Virus record (IMG/VR): IMGVR_UViG_2565956946_000004
Length of the DNA: 64,000 nucleotides
Reading direction: 5' to 3' (one strand)
Source of the DNA: an uncultured virus (IMG/VR IMGVR_UViG_2565956946_000004)
Taxonomy: Duplodnaviria; Heunggongvirae; Uroviricota; Caudoviricetes
Below the pieces are notes generated by a model. That model was given only the letters and a program-made list of their open reading frames with translations. It had not been told where the DNA came from and ran no database searches. This document shows positions 22,602 to 31,894 of this stretch, one piece after another (position 1 is the stretch's first letter; each line of letters begins with the position of its first letter). A program made the translations under genes and the position numbers.

Positions 22602-23158
22602 TGAGAACTCGATATGTCATTTCCGATGAGGGTAAATGCATTGCCTCATTTACGGGGTCAAATGAAATACTCGAACTCAACACTCAAGGAAAGAAATATA
22701 CCGAGAAGCAACCCACCAGTCCTAGTGACTGGTGGAACTTCGAAACCGAAAGTTGGGAAAGCATAGGTGAAAAACCTAGTGAAGTGCATGAATTTGATTA
22801 CACAGCTAAGAAGTGGTCTGATCCAAGATCACTCGATCAAGTCAAAGAAGAAAAATGGAACAAGATTAAGCTTCAGCGCAATCAACTCGAATTTGGTGGT
22901 TTTGAGTTTAATGGCCATACTTTCGACTCAGACATCGCGTCTCAAAGTCGCATAGCTACAGCTGCGGCGCTTGGACTGGAAGTGGAGTGGACAACCAAAG
23001 ACAACTCAACCATTTTGCTAAACTCTGAACAGTTAAAAAACCTACAAGTGGCATTAGCTCAACATGTAAATAAACTTCATGAACTCGGCAGAAAGGCTCG
23101 CTTAAAGATCGCCGAAGCTACCACTAAAGAGGAAGTAGAAGCTGTCACGCTGATTTGA
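22601..23158 (+). CDS. Tail fibre assembly chaperone-like protein (DUF4376-like)
   Basis: Directly after the fibre; FDSDIASQSRI and WTTKDNS motifs. Confidence 0.7.
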   Translation: MRTRYVISDEGKCIASFTGSNEILELNTQGKKYTEKQPTSPSDWWNFETESWESIGEKPSEVHEFDYTAKKWSDPRSLDQVKEEKWNKIKLQRNQLEFGGFEFNGHTFDSDIASQSRIATAAALGLEVEWTTKDNSTILLNSEQLKNLQVALAQHVNKLHELGRKARLKIAEATTKEEVEAVTLI

Positions 23159-23165
23159 TCATTTC

Positions 23166-23200
23166 GGCAAATAATTTAGGTATAACAATTATTTGCCTTT
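23166..23200 (+). terminator. Hairpin ending the tail operon
   Basis: GGCAAATAATT...AATTATTTGCC inverted repeat followed by TTT. Confidence 0.5.
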
Positions 23201-23275
23201 AATTATTTTTCCAGAAATGACAACTTCTCGGTATAATTAATGCAAATCTTTTGCGTTAAAAGGAAAGCTGTTTTA

Positions 23276-23407
23276 ATGAAAAAATTGATTGCCGCTCTTG
23301 CTGTGTTGGTCGTTCTAACTGGTTGTGTGTACGATCCTGTAAATTACGACAAAATACACGATCAAGAGTTCGAAGATCACCTCAAGCAAAACGGCGGTGA
23401 CTCATAA
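23276..23407 (+). CDS. Small lipoprotein (43 aa; moron, not in the ORF track)
   Basis: MKKLIAALAVLVVLTG-C lipobox; own promoter (TTCCAG-17-TATAAT, 23209-23237), RBS AAGGA and terminator. Confidence 0.75.
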   Translation: MKKLIAALAVLVVLTGCVYDPVNYDKIHDQEFEDHLKQNGGDS

Positions 23408-23439
23408 TAAAAAAGCCCACGCAATGTGGGCTTTTTATT
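23406..23439. terminator. Bidirectional intrinsic terminator
   Basis: AAAAAAGCCCAC-GCAAT-GTGGGCTTTTT between convergent small ORFs. Confidence 0.85.
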
Positions 23440-23457
23440 GGCTTCGTTCTAGGGCAA

Positions 23458-23634
23458 TTAGACTGAAGCCGTTGGTTGCTCTTCGAGAATTAAATTGATG
23501 CCATTCTCGCCGGTAACGCCGTCATATGTTAATTCCAACTTTTCAACCTTTCGTCCTGTTTGACTCTCAACCAAACTTACTTGACCAAGCAACCAAGTTG
23601 TTAAATTCGCTTCCTCGCGAGTGATAGTTTTCAT
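23458..23634 (-). CDS. Small hypothetical protein (58 aa)
   Basis: ORF MKTITREE... converging on the bidirectional terminator. Confidence 0.5.
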   Translation of the reverse strand: MKTITREEANLTTWLLGQVSLVESQTGRKVEKLELTYDGVTGENGINLILEEQPTASV

Positions 23635-23694
23635 ACTCAATATTCATCCATGAATGAGTTTTACGGAGATTTGATTTTAACCAGAATAAATTCA

Positions 23695-23789
23695 TAAGTC
23701 ACTACTTACTGACTCAATTTAATAAAATATAAGTTCATGATTAATACAAATCAATTTAAATAGCAATATATTCAGTCACTACTGACTTA
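23695..23789. promoter_or_regulatory. Two operator-like sites (23695-23712 degenerate; 23772-23789 TCAGTCA-CTAC-TGACTTA) upstream of the lysis cassette
   Basis: Recurrent motif; TATAAT at ~23810 before the holin RBS. Confidence 0.75.
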
Positions 23790-23841
23790 CAAATAATCAA
23801 TAATCCGCTTATAATTCACTCAACTTCAAGGAGTGAAGATT

Positions 23842-24159
23842 ATGACAGACCCATTCAGCACAGGCACCGATCAAGTCCAGTGGTGGCACGTCCTGTTAGC
23901 TGCAATCACGGCAATGTGGGGAGGCATTGTCAACTACTTGGGCAAAGTTCAAGCGGGTGAAAAACCAACATTTATCGGCGCAACAATTCATTTATCAATG
24001 AGTGGATTTGCCGGTCTTTTGTGTTGGTTGTTGTGCGCTCAATTCCAAGTTGCCGGATTTATGACAGCAATCTGTACAGGTCTAGCTGGGCATTTGGGTT
24101 CAGAGTTCATTCGTTTGTTAGAAGCCAAGTTTGTGCGAAAAATCAAAGGAGTTGAATAA
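23842..24159 (+). CDS. Holin (LydA-like)
   Basis: Small protein with several hydrophobic helices, WGGIVNY and SGFAGLL motifs; directly upstream of endolysin; RBS AAGGAG. Confidence 0.8.
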   Translation: MTDPFSTGTDQVQWWHVLLAAITAMWGGIVNYLGKVQAGEKPTFIGATIHLSMSGFAGLLCWLLCAQFQVAGFMTAICTGLAGHLGSEFIRLLEAKFVRKIKGVE

Positions 24160-24728
24160 TGAGTGCAAATCCAGAATTACCGTGGATCGCAGAGGCTCGC
24201 CGTCACATAGGGTTGGCTGAAATCGCCGGCCCCAAACACAACCAGACAATCATCAAATGGCTGAAGGACTTAAAGTCCTCTTGGCTTGACGATGAAACTG
24301 CATGGTGCGGAACATTCGTTGCGCACTGTCTCCAAACGGCGGGATTTCAAAGAGGAAGTGTAAACTCGCGTTCCAAAACTTATAAATCAGGAACAAAGGC
24401 CCCACCAGGCTTTTATCCTTTCAACTGGTATGCCGCACTTGAATACATCAAAGAAGGCGGAGTCAAATTAGACAAGCCTTGTTATGGGTGTGTTGCGGTA
24501 AAATCAAGAGAGGGCGGTGGCCATGTAACTTTCGTTGTTGGTAAAACACCTACTGGTAAATTAATTTGCTTAGGTGGTAATCAGTCAAATAAAGTTTGTT
24601 TTGCAGTATATGACGTTTCGGCTTTTGAAGCCTTTATGTGGTATGGCAAAACAAGTAAACCAGCTGCTCACCGATACGATTTACCAGTCCTAAAAATCGT
24701 TTCTGTTACGAGTGTTTCAGAGGCTTAA
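24159..24728 (+). CDS. Endolysin, TIGR02594/CHAP-NlpC-like cysteine peptidase
   Basis: PWIAEA, DETAWCGTFV, GGGHVTFVVG, LGGNQSN motifs. Confidence 0.85.
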   Translation: MSANPELPWIAEARRHIGLAEIAGPKHNQTIIKWLKDLKSSWLDDETAWCGTFVAHCLQTAGFQRGSVNSRSKTYKSGTKAPPGFYPFNWYAALEYIKEGGVKLDKPCYGCVAVKSREGGGHVTFVVGKTPTGKLICLGGNQSNKVCFAVYDVSAFEAFMWYGKTSKPAAHRYDLPVLKIVSVTSVSEA

Positions 24729-24731
24729 TCT

Positions 24732-24890
24732 ATGCACTTACTTCAAGGAACAAAACCCCTCAAAGTTTTTCTTGTTGTTGTTCTTCTTGTAATTGTGAGT
24801 GCATGGAGTTACTTGCTTGGTTCTAACGATGCAACCAAGAAAGCAAAACAACAAGCTGAAACAGTTATCCACAGTGAAAAAATTAAGTGA
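24732..24890 (+). CDS. Small membrane protein after endolysin (52 aa; possible lysis accessory)
   Basis: MHLLQGTKPLKVFLVVVLLVIVSAWSYLLG... single TM helix then short basic tail; not in ORF track. Confidence 0.5.
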   Translation: MHLLQGTKPLKVFLVVVLLVIVSAWSYLLGSNDATKKAKQQAETVIHSEKIK

Positions 24891-24917
24891 GTGTAAAGCT
24901 TGCTTAAAATACCCTGC

Positions 24918-25019
24918 TAAAACGCTCTAATTTCTCAAATTTAAGCTTTGTTTAAGATGATTGATAAACTTTACCGATTTTTCATAAACAGGGCTTAAAA
25001 ACGATTTTAGAGCGTTTTA
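24918..25019. repeat. ~100-bp imperfect inverted repeat next to the origin
   Basis: TAAAACGCTCTAA/TTAGAGCGTTTTA perfect outer arms; TTAAGCTTTGTTTA/TAAACAGGGCTTAA inner arms. Confidence 0.7.
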
Positions 25020-25540
25020 AACTTTAAAATGGATACACGTTTAAACAAATTTAAATTTAAAATTTTTAAACCTGCTATAACATGTAGCAAAGCGGAATTT
25101 TTTATAATAATAAATTTAAATTCAAATTTTAAATTTATTCATAAGATCACATGCCTGCATATGATCAAACACCGTCTAGTGTTTATATACTATACCGTAG
25201 GTATTTTATAATAACTTATAGAACATGCCTCAAAGCTTTTTGTAGCAAAGGTTTCAGCTTGTTTTCGGTAGTTACTATTTCCGTTTTCGGTAGTTAAAAA
25301 TTCCGTTTTTTAAATTTTCGGTAGTTAAAAATTCCAATTTCGGTAGTTAAAAATTCCAAAGTTTGGTAGTCATTTTTTCCACCAAATACAGTGGTTATCA
25401 ACATGGTTATCCACAGTTTTTGTGGGTAAGTTGGTTAATATTTAGCTGATTGAGTCTTAAAAAATTGGTTTTGACACTTATTACTATCAAATGTAGGCTT
25501 AATGACGCCAAAACAAAATATTTCGGTAGTTAAGTTTTTC
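25020..25540. other. oriV: Plasmid replication origin: AT-rich region, iterons and DnaA boxes
   Basis: Iterons TTTCGGTAGTTAAAAATTCC-like at ~25263, 25285, 25316, 25338, 25361 (22-23 bp periods) and 25521; DnaA boxes TTATCAACA 25395, TTATCCACA 25407, TGTGGGTAA 25421 and TTATCCACA 24865. Confidence 0.88.
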
Positions 25541-25576
25541 ATCAGTACTTGGTGATCATTGGAAGTTAGGGAATAT

Positions 25577-26425
25577 ATGTCCTCTATTGTTAAAAGCAAT
25601 CCAAAAGTTAAGAAACACAATAACTTAACACAGGCTCATTTTTTTAATGTATCAGTCATCGCTTATAGACTTATATTATTAGCCGGTACGGACAAGTTCT
25701 TAGAAAACATGCTAAAGTCTGGCGAGAATACTTACATTCGCATTACAGCGCATGATTATCACAATTTATATGGCTCAAGTTCGGACATGTCGGGTTCGTA
25801 TAAAGCAATTAAAGATGCGCCCGATGATTTACTTAATGCCAAGTTGAAATACAAAAGACTTAAAACAGAATCAGACCCCGGCCGTTGGGTAGGTGGTATT
25901 AACTGGGTACAAGACGCTCGTTATAACGACGAGTTAAAATGTGTTGAAATTCTATTTTCTACAACAGTACTTCCTTTGCTGGCGAATGTTCGCAAAAGTT
26001 TTACTTATTACAACCTACGACATATTGGTCGGTTGTCATCCATGCATTCGATTAGGATGTATGAACTAATGATGATGTGGCGCAAAAGCGGCAAAACGCC
26101 AGACTTGACAGTTAGCTATATGAAAAACTTCTTAGGCGTGCCAGACAATGAATATTCCGACCCAAAAGAGTTAAAGTTTTTCACAGCTCAAGTAATTAAA
26201 AAGTCCGTCAAAGAAGTCACAAGTAAAACTAATATTGAAATGGACTTTGAAGTTGTAAGAGGGGAAAAGAGAGCAACTATCGGCTATTCTTTTAGTCATA
26301 AATTGAAAGCGCTGCCTGAAGGTGAACAGCCTGAGCAAGAAGAACTTGAGGACGATAACGAAGGCGGCGGAGATCCAAGCAAATTGCTACCGAACAATGA
26401 CGACGACCCAGAGTTGCCATTTTAA
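25577..26425 (+). CDS. repB: Rep_3-family plasmid replication initiator
   Basis: VKKHNNLTQA, INWVQDARY, LSSMHSIRMYELM, VIKKSVKEV motifs; adjacent iterons. Confidence 0.88.
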   Translation: MSSIVKSNPKVKKHNNLTQAHFFNVSVIAYRLILLAGTDKFLENMLKSGENTYIRITAHDYHNLYGSSSDMSGSYKAIKDAPDDLLNAKLKYKRLKTESDPGRWVGGINWVQDARYNDELKCVEILFSTTVLPLLANVRKSFTYYNLRHIGRLSSMHSIRMYELMMMWRKSGKTPDLTVSYMKNFLGVPDNEYSDPKELKFFTAQVIKKSVKEVTSKTNIEMDFEVVRGEKRATIGYSFSHKLKALPEGEQPEQEELEDDNEGGGDPSKLLPNNDDDPELPF

Positions 26426-26540
26426 TACCGCTGGCAACATTTGTATTCCGCGACTTGGGCACTTGGGAATGAATACCGCGATCACTATATTAATTATATA
26501 ATCTCTCTTAGTTAATATTTATTAATAGTGATTCACACGG

Positions 26541-27281
26541 ATGCACCCAAGTTCACCCAAGTCGAAGTTTCTAAACTTCCTGCCGCCGTTCTTGTACGGC
26601 AATCTCCGATTTGAGCATTATGAAATCCTCACTATAAGCAACATTAAACGTGCGGATCTCAAAGTTGAAACAGAGCTGATGAATAAGAAGTGGTTTGATT
26701 ACAGAATCATGCACCCACTTATGGCCACTTATTATTTTTTCCACTTGTACAGCGAAGCTTACAAAAACTTTTGGCGTCAAAACATCAACTGCGAGCAGGC
26801 AGACTTTGTAAAGCCAATGCGTAAGTACGTTGATTTTCTCGACTCAACTCAAGAGCGAAATACAATTTGGCGTTTAAGACAAATGGTAGATGCTTGCGGC
26901 ATGAGATATGAGTTCTTTTTTACAAGTGCAATGAAGCATTTGCATAAGATGATCTATAACGGTCGAATTATGCCACCACGCCCATCAATGCTTAAAAATG
27001 AAGAGCTGTTCGAAAAAGTGTATGCAGACTGGTTGGAAACATGTGAGGCGGTAACTCAATACGCTTGTAGCCCCTACTTCAACGTCGCAAACTACTCAAA
27101 CAGTGTAGTTCAACGTGATTATGAGGACTATTTGATTAAGCAAATTAAGCGTAAACGTTTACCTCAATATGCTTTGTCTTATTGTCTTTATGAGAAAGAG
27201 TGCTTGAGAATCGAGAGGGTCATTGCTGAGTTTGATCTTGACATTGTTCAGGAGGCGATCAATGAAGCTAAATTCATTTAA
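26541..27281 (+). CDS. Hypothetical protein (246 aa)
   Basis: Long ORF between rep and the helicase operon. Confidence 0.7.
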   Translation: MHPSSPKSKFLNFLPPFLYGNLRFEHYEILTISNIKRADLKVETELMNKKWFDYRIMHPLMATYYFFHLYSEAYKNFWRQNINCEQADFVKPMRKYVDFLDSTQERNTIWRLRQMVDACGMRYEFFFTSAMKHLHKMIYNGRIMPPRPSMLKNEELFEKVYADWLETCEAVTQYACSPYFNVANYSNSVVQRDYEDYLIKQIKRKRLPQYALSYCLYEKECLRIERVIAEFDLDIVQEAINEAKFI

Positions 27282-27297
27282 ATATTTCTTTTAATAG

Positions 27298-27318
27298 TCA
27301 GTCAGTACTGACTATACT
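27298..27318 (+). promoter_or_regulatory. Operator TCAGTCA-GTAC-TGACTAT overlapping a TATACT -10 box
   Basis: Recurrent motif fused to TATACT (27313-27318) upstream of the Hfq-like/helicase genes. Confidence 0.85.
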
Positions 27319-27349
27319 AATTGGGTATTTAATATAGAAGGAACTATAT

Positions 27350-27889
27350 ATGATTCAAGGTTGGAATACTCAGGATGAGATGATTTCTCAAGCACAATAT
27401 GGTCGTATGATGATGCAAAACGAACCTGATGAGGAATTCGGGCAAGCGATTGATCAGAAAGTGCCAAACCCATACATAAAAGAGCGATTTGCGGTAGGTA
27501 ACTCCGCTATGCCGCCTGTGGTTACTGACACTTTAGAGTTTCGTCACCCTTACAACCATCCAAAAGGTACATTGCGTCATGGTTTCCGTGATCAAAAAGA
27601 GTGGAGAAAGGGAATCTTTAGTAATGATCAGACAGAGAGCAAAAAAACTTTCTTATCTGGTCATCGTAAATATTTGTTCAACTTACAAGAGACTCAAAGT
27701 CCAATCGAAGTGACGTTGACCAATGGCATGACGTACACGGGAACCATTCGAACCTCAGATGAAGAAACGATTTCGCTTGAGTGTCCGAATGAAGACGGCA
27801 AAACCTACACTGTGCGAGTGATTTTTAAACACAATTTGGTAATGTTCTCACCGATTACTGCGGTGACAACTGCACCAAGACCAAGCTAA
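27350..27889 (+). CDS. Protein with C-terminal Hfq/Sm-like domain
   Basis: YLFNLQETQSPIEVTLTNGMTYTGTIRTSDEETISL...VIFKHNL matches by eye the Hfq Sm1 (V.IYLVNG..L.G.I.SFD) and Sm2 (YKHAI) motifs. Confidence 0.65.
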   Translation: MIQGWNTQDEMISQAQYGRMMMQNEPDEEFGQAIDQKVPNPYIKERFAVGNSAMPPVVTDTLEFRHPYNHPKGTLRHGFRDQKEWRKGIFSNDQTESKKTFLSGHRKYLFNLQETQSPIEVTLTNGMTYTGTIRTSDEETISLECPNEDGKTYTVRVIFKHNLVMFSPITAVTTAPRPS

Positions 27890-27898
27890 GGTGTAACT

Positions 27899-29296
27899 AT
27901 GTCAGTTCAAAGTACTGCGGCGGCTCAGCCCGCCACAGCACAACAGCCAGTAACAGATCAATTTGAGTTTGACGATGCTTTTCAGTTGAAGATAGCAGCG
28001 CTTTCTTTGCGTGATAGTGAATTTTTGCGTCGATCAGCCATGATGTTAAAACCTGAGTTTTTCGTAAACGAAGGGCTAGGACAGTTGGTTGCGGTCGCAT
28101 TAGACCACTTTCAAAAATACAACTGCGCTCCAGATAACGCTTCTTTAATCGCTCAGCTGAAAGAAAGAATAACGAAGCGGGCCATTCGTAGAGAGTTGAC
28201 GCCACTTGTTATTCAAGCAGCTAAAGACGTTCAGTTAGCAGACTTATCTAACCGTCAATTTGTCGAAGAAAAATTGGTGGATTTTGCTCGCACATTCGCG
28301 ATGAAAACTGCAATTTTGAAGGCGGTCGATCTACTTAACAAATGTAAAGTCGAAGCGATTCACCCTGTCATTGAAGAAGCGCTTGCTGTCGGTATTAATG
28401 AAGATGGCGCGGGTTATGACTTCTTTGCTCATGATCGCATCCAGCAACGTACCGTTGAGCGCATAGAGAAGGTGAGTGGCGTTCTTCCTCCACAGGGTAT
28501 ATCGACGGGCGACCCTCGTTTAGATGGGCTTTTATATCATCGAGGATGGGGGCGCAAAGAGTTATATGCGTTCTTGGGTGGGCCAAAGTCAGGTAAAACT
28601 ACAGCTTTAATTCACTTTGCTCGAATTGCCTCATGGTTAGGTTTTAACGTTTTGTACGCAACCTTAGAAGTGGGCGCAAATATCATTGCGGATCGTTTTG
28701 ATGCGTCGCTTACAGACACCATGATGAAAGAGCTTGGCGTGAAAGCCAATGATGTTGCGCAACAAATTCAGAAGCTCGCTAAAGAATCTGGTCAATTGCG
28801 TATTCATGAATACGCATCAGGAACATTGACTGGCAATCAGTTGCGAAATCTCATTCAGTCTTACAAGCGTGCAGCTCGTAACCCGGATGGAACAATTCGA
28901 CCGCCAATAACTTTCGATTTAATCGTAGTCGATTATGCAGACATTATGGCGCCGAATTACCGCACATCAGACCCAATCGAAAACTCAAAGCAAGTCTGGG
29001 TGGATCTTCGTGCAATCGCCTTTGAAGAAAATGCCGCTGTTCTAACCGCGACTCAATCGAATCGTGATGGTAGTAAACAAACGGTAGCCAAAGCAGAACA
29101 CGTAGCAGACGACTTTAACAAAGTGCGTATCGTGGATTTGATGATTTCGATTAACAAAACCGAAGAAGAGCGTCAAAACGGTGAAGCGCGGTTGTATTTT
29201 GCTGCATCACGTAACCAAGAAGCAGGTTTCACAATCGTTATTAAGCAAGACTTATCTCGTATGAAGTTCATCGAGAGAATTTTAAGGGTGGACTAA
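27899..29296 (+). CDS. Replicative DNA helicase (DnaB/T4 gp41-like)
   Basis: Walker A GGPKSGKT, YATLE, IVVDYAD, TATQSNR motifs. Confidence 0.9.
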   Translation: MSVQSTAAAQPATAQQPVTDQFEFDDAFQLKIAALSLRDSEFLRRSAMMLKPEFFVNEGLGQLVAVALDHFQKYNCAPDNASLIAQLKERITKRAIRRELTPLVIQAAKDVQLADLSNRQFVEEKLVDFARTFAMKTAILKAVDLLNKCKVEAIHPVIEEALAVGINEDGAGYDFFAHDRIQQRTVERIEKVSGVLPPQGISTGDPRLDGLLYHRGWGRKELYAFLGGPKSGKTTALIHFARIASWLGFNVLYATLEVGANIIADRFDASLTDTMMKELGVKANDVAQQIQKLAKESGQLRIHEYASGTLTGNQLRNLIQSYKRAARNPDGTIRPPITFDLIVVDYADIMAPNYRTSDPIENSKQVWVDLRAIAFEENAAVLTATQSNRDGSKQTVAKAEHVADDFNKVRIVDLMISINKTEEERQNGEARLYFAASRNQEAGFTIVIKQDLSRMKFIERILRVD

Positions 29297-29380
29297 ATGC
29301 GAAAGTCAAAAAAGATCACTGAAATCTGGCTCATCTTTGTGCAGGTCATGCTAGGCATTGCGGTTGTGGCGGGGCGCTAA
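29297..29380 (+). CDS. Possible 27-aa membrane peptide
   Basis: MRKSKKITEIWLIFVQVMLGIAVVAGR, ATG directly after the helicase stop. Confidence 0.35.
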   Translation: MRKSKKITEIWLIFVQVMLGIAVVAGR

Positions 29381-29390
29381 GTTTGATCTT

Positions 29391-29445
29391 TGAGTCATAA
29401 CTGACATTGCCAGATAGGGGTTCAAGTAACCCCTATTTTTATTCA
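29391..29445 (+). promoter_or_regulatory. Degenerate operator TGAGTCA-TAAC-TGACATT followed by terminator-like hairpin
   Basis: One core mismatch to the motif; ATAGGGG...CCCCTAT-TTTT hairpin; upstream of primase. Confidence 0.55.
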
Positions 29446-29482
29446 TTAACATTTACTTATGTGATTTTTTAAGGGTGAAATT

Positions 29483-30595
29483 ATGAGTGGCCAACCGTCA
29501 AAAGAAGATTTTGGCGAAATACTCGACCACATTGATATTGAGTATTGGCTAAATCGTGAAGGCGTTGAGTATAAAGTTACTCGTGGTCGAAATGGTGTGC
29601 AGCTGAACTTGAAGGAATGTCCTGTTTGCGGTAACGCGAATTGGAAGGTCTACATTGGGGCCACGACAGGTTTGGGCAACTGCTTTCATGGTGACTGTGA
29701 GGCTAAATTCTCTAAATGGTCATTTATTAAAGCTGAGCTTGGCAATTTAACCAATAAAGAAATTGCAGAACACATCAAGGTCGTTGCAAGGGAGCAGGGT
29801 TGGCAACCGAAGCATAAACAAGAAGTCCAGCGACCAAAGTTGGGAAATCTGCACTTTCCAGCTTCGTTTGAGTTGCCCATTCTCGGTAAAGACTCAAAGC
29901 TTCACAATTTGAAGTATTTAGCTGATCGAGGCATTAGCATCGAGACGGCTAAAGCTTTTGGTCTGCGTTTTTGTCAGCAGGGTTCTTTTTCTTACATCGA
30001 TTCATTCGGTCAGAAGAAGCGCCAAAGTTTTGATAACCGCATCATCATTCCCGTTCGAGATCTGAATGGAAAATTAGTTTCGTATCAAGGGCGTGACATT
30101 ACAGGCTTAGCTGAGAAGAAATATCTTTTTCCTTCAGGTTATGCGTCTACAGCTGCCTTTCTTTACAACGGTAATAACGCGTATGGATGCGTAGATATTG
30201 CGATGGGTGAAGGCGCTTTTGACGTCATGGCTATACATCAAGCCTTTTCAGAAGATGACGCACTTTGCAATGTCGGTGTCATTGGTTCGTTCGGTAAACA
30301 CCTTTCATACGGCGATGAAGAAACACAATTCGCAGAACTGTTAAAGCTCAAAGAGGCTGGTTTGCAACGCTTGACCTTTATGTGGGATGGAGAGCGACGA
30401 GCAATTCAAGATGCAATCGAAGCAGCTCTAATGGTTCGTAAATGTGGCATCACTGTACGAATAGCCATCCTCCCTCCCGGCAAAGACCCTAATGAAATTC
30501 CACCAGAAATGGTGCGCTCACTCTACAGATCGGCAATTGTCGTCAATGAAATGAGCGCGGTAACTCTCAAGCTACAATATGGAGTCAAAAAATGA
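29483..30595 (+). CDS. DNA primase (Zn finger + TOPRIM)
   Basis: CPVC...CFHGDC zinc finger; RIIIP, YQGR, KKYLFP, GEGAFD, WDGE, KDPNE motifs. Confidence 0.9.
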   Translation: MSGQPSKEDFGEILDHIDIEYWLNREGVEYKVTRGRNGVQLNLKECPVCGNANWKVYIGATTGLGNCFHGDCEAKFSKWSFIKAELGNLTNKEIAEHIKVVAREQGWQPKHKQEVQRPKLGNLHFPASFELPILGKDSKLHNLKYLADRGISIETAKAFGLRFCQQGSFSYIDSFGQKKRQSFDNRIIIPVRDLNGKLVSYQGRDITGLAEKKYLFPSGYASTAAFLYNGNNAYGCVDIAMGEGAFDVMAIHQAFSEDDALCNVGVIGSFGKHLSYGDEETQFAELLKLKEAGLQRLTFMWDGERRAIQDAIEAALMVRKCGITVRIAILPPGKDPNEIPPEMVRSLYRSAIVVNEMSAVTLKLQYGVKK

Positions 30596-30948
30596 TTCAA
30601 AGGTTTCTTAAATTATTTAACAGAAAGCCATCTGAAATAAAGATCAATGGTAAAAGTTATCACGGCTCAAACGTGGTCATTCAAGACGATGGCATTTTCA
30701 TTGATGGAGGTTGCGTTCAGGGCCTTTCGCCAAAAATTGAAGTTGTGATAAATGGCGATTGTGATTCAGTGGATACTACAAGTGGAAATGTCAGAATTGA
30801 AGGCAATGTGGGCGACATTAGCACAGTATCGGGCAACGTGACTTGTGGCGACGTTACTGGTGATATTGAGACCGTTACTGGCGATGTTCGAGCGCGTGTG
30901 ATCAAGGGCGATATTGAAACCCTTTCTGGCGATGTAACTACAAGATAG
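30592..30948 (+). CDS. Hypothetical beta-solenoid protein (DUF4097-like repeats)
   Basis: Repeated V.GDI.TVSG.V units. Confidence 0.7.
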   Translation: MIQRFLKLFNRKPSEIKINGKSYHGSNVVIQDDGIFIDGGCVQGLSPKIEVVINGDCDSVDTTSGNVRIEGNVGDISTVSGNVTCGDVTGDIETVTGDVRARVIKGDIETLSGDVTTR

Positions 30949-30959
30949 GAAGCGATCAA

Positions 30960-31475
30960 ATGACCCTTAAAATCGAAATGGTTGAATACATGATCTGTGA
31001 CTCAAGTTCGGGCGGCAAAGATTATATGCTTATCCATGCGTATAACACCCAAACTGGCGCGGGTTGGGTTAGAGGATATTACGGGAAGTTATCCGGGCGG
31101 TTTCAAGAAGTGGTTTATCTTTTTAAGGATGCGCGCTCAGCCAAAGAGCATCTTTCAAAAGTGATTGATGAGAAAAAATCAAAAGGCTACACCTCACACA
31201 CGCCTGAAGAACGCAAATTGGCAAACACGCTATTTGGAAAATTTAGAGACCTTTGCGCACACGAAATTGTGGTGAGAAGACCACATATGATCGAATTTAA
31301 CGCAAACAGAATAATGAAGGCGACATTAAGTCAATTTTTGGCAGATGACTACCTTGAATACCTTTTTGGGGTTATGGATGACCAATACGCAATGCCGACT
31401 GTGCCAGTATCAAAAGCATCAGAAGCGAAACGTATCCAAGAAAGCTATGGCTCCAAGTGGGGTGCGTGGTCATGA
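30960..31475 (+). CDS. Hypothetical protein, WGR-like N-terminus, C-terminal WGAWS
   Basis: KDY...RGYYGKL...IDEKKSKGY pattern; ends SYGSKWGAWS*. Confidence 0.7.
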   Translation: MTLKIEMVEYMICDSSSGGKDYMLIHAYNTQTGAGWVRGYYGKLSGRFQEVVYLFKDARSAKEHLSKVIDEKKSKGYTSHTPEERKLANTLFGKFRDLCAHEIVVRRPHMIEFNANRIMKATLSQFLADDYLEYLFGVMDDQYAMPTVPVSKASEAKRIQESYGSKWGAWS

Positions 31476-31894
31476 TCAGGCTTAAAACTGGCGGTTCATA
31501 CATGAGCCATGACTTTTCTACAACTAGATCCATCCATCTTGTTAGCGTCGGTGACGACCCTAACAAATGTGTGGTTTTTGATTTTATTGTCAATCAGAAA
31601 GCAAATGGCAAATTCAAGATCACAGACAATAGTTTTGTCTGCCGCATTAATGAGGGGATAAATCACATTGCGCTTGAGGTGGAAAAATTAGGAAAAGACG
31701 AAAAATTTGCAGGCTCCAAAGCAATTCAGTTTGGACTATCTGCATTTAAAAACAACTCAATGCTATCGACTGAGGACATTGTTCAACGAATCGGCAAGTT
31801 TTTGACTGAAGCCAAGATAAGAATCTTGGTGTCAAAAGCAAGCTCAAGATATGAGACGGAAGGCAAGAGTTTGGTTTGGGGTAGTTGGAGTTAA
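31472..31894 (+). CDS. Hypothetical protein with C-terminal WGSWS
   Basis: ATGA overlap with the upstream gene; ends SLVWGSWS*. Confidence 0.7.
   Translation: MIRLKTGGSYMSHDFSTTRSIHLVSVGDDPNKCVVFDFIVNQKANGKFKITDNSFVCRINEGINHIALEVEKLGKDEKFAGSKAIQFGLSAFKNNSMLSTEDIVQRIGKFLTEAKIRILVSKASSRYETEGKSLVWGSWS

Noticed and set aside
25261..25380. Regular short repeats as a CRISPR array
   Set aside because: No unique spacers; 22-bp periodicity next to a Rep_3 gene and DnaA boxes indicates iterons
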